A stretch of DNA of 64,000 nt from Epiperipatus broadwayi (Eukaryota; Animalia; Onychophora). The position numbers and the translations under genes are program-made. The stretch lies in NCBI GenBank assembly GCA_028023455.1, contig JAQFVV010000002.1, positions 17,484,001 through 17,548,000 on the forward strand. The letters run 5' to 3'. This document shows, one piece after another, positions 63,978 to 64,000 of this stretch (positions are counted from its first letter, which is position 1; each line of letters starts with the position of its first letter). Under the pieces are notes generated by a model. It was not told the DNA's origin, did not search any database, and saw only the letters and a program-made list of their open reading frames with translations.

Positions 63978-64000
63978 TTAGAACTATAGAAGTGATCAAT

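Overview
Very AT-rich, CpG-depleted eukaryotic (probably invertebrate) DNA, mostly intronic/intergenic and dominated by transposon remains. Host coding sequence is sparse: a RING-HC exon at the left end, two minus-strand exons near 21.8-23.1 kb, and two plus-strand exons of a divergent PhzF/PBLD-like gene (25.1 and 37.3 kb). Mobile DNA includes RTE-type LINE fragments, a CR1/L2-group-like LINE, several Penelope-like element (PLE; RT + GIY-YIG) remnants, TA-flanked MITEs and a tRNA-Gly-derived mini-SINE family. The main signal is a set of small, ORF-less, PLE-style elements. Five distinct type I hammerhead ribozyme (HHR) families can be read directly from the sequence (my labels A-E), mostly with palindromic stem III. 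Families A, B and C occur as tandem monomers (~456 and ~493 nt for B and A) and/or inverted arms with 8-16 bp target-site duplications (TSDs) and a recurrent 38-45 nt arm asymmetry. Family D fuses a tRNA-derived Pol III promoter to an HHR at the 3' end of a PLE. One further family (F) behaves the same way but has no recognisable HHR. All alignments and folds were done by eye; no searches or folding programs were run.
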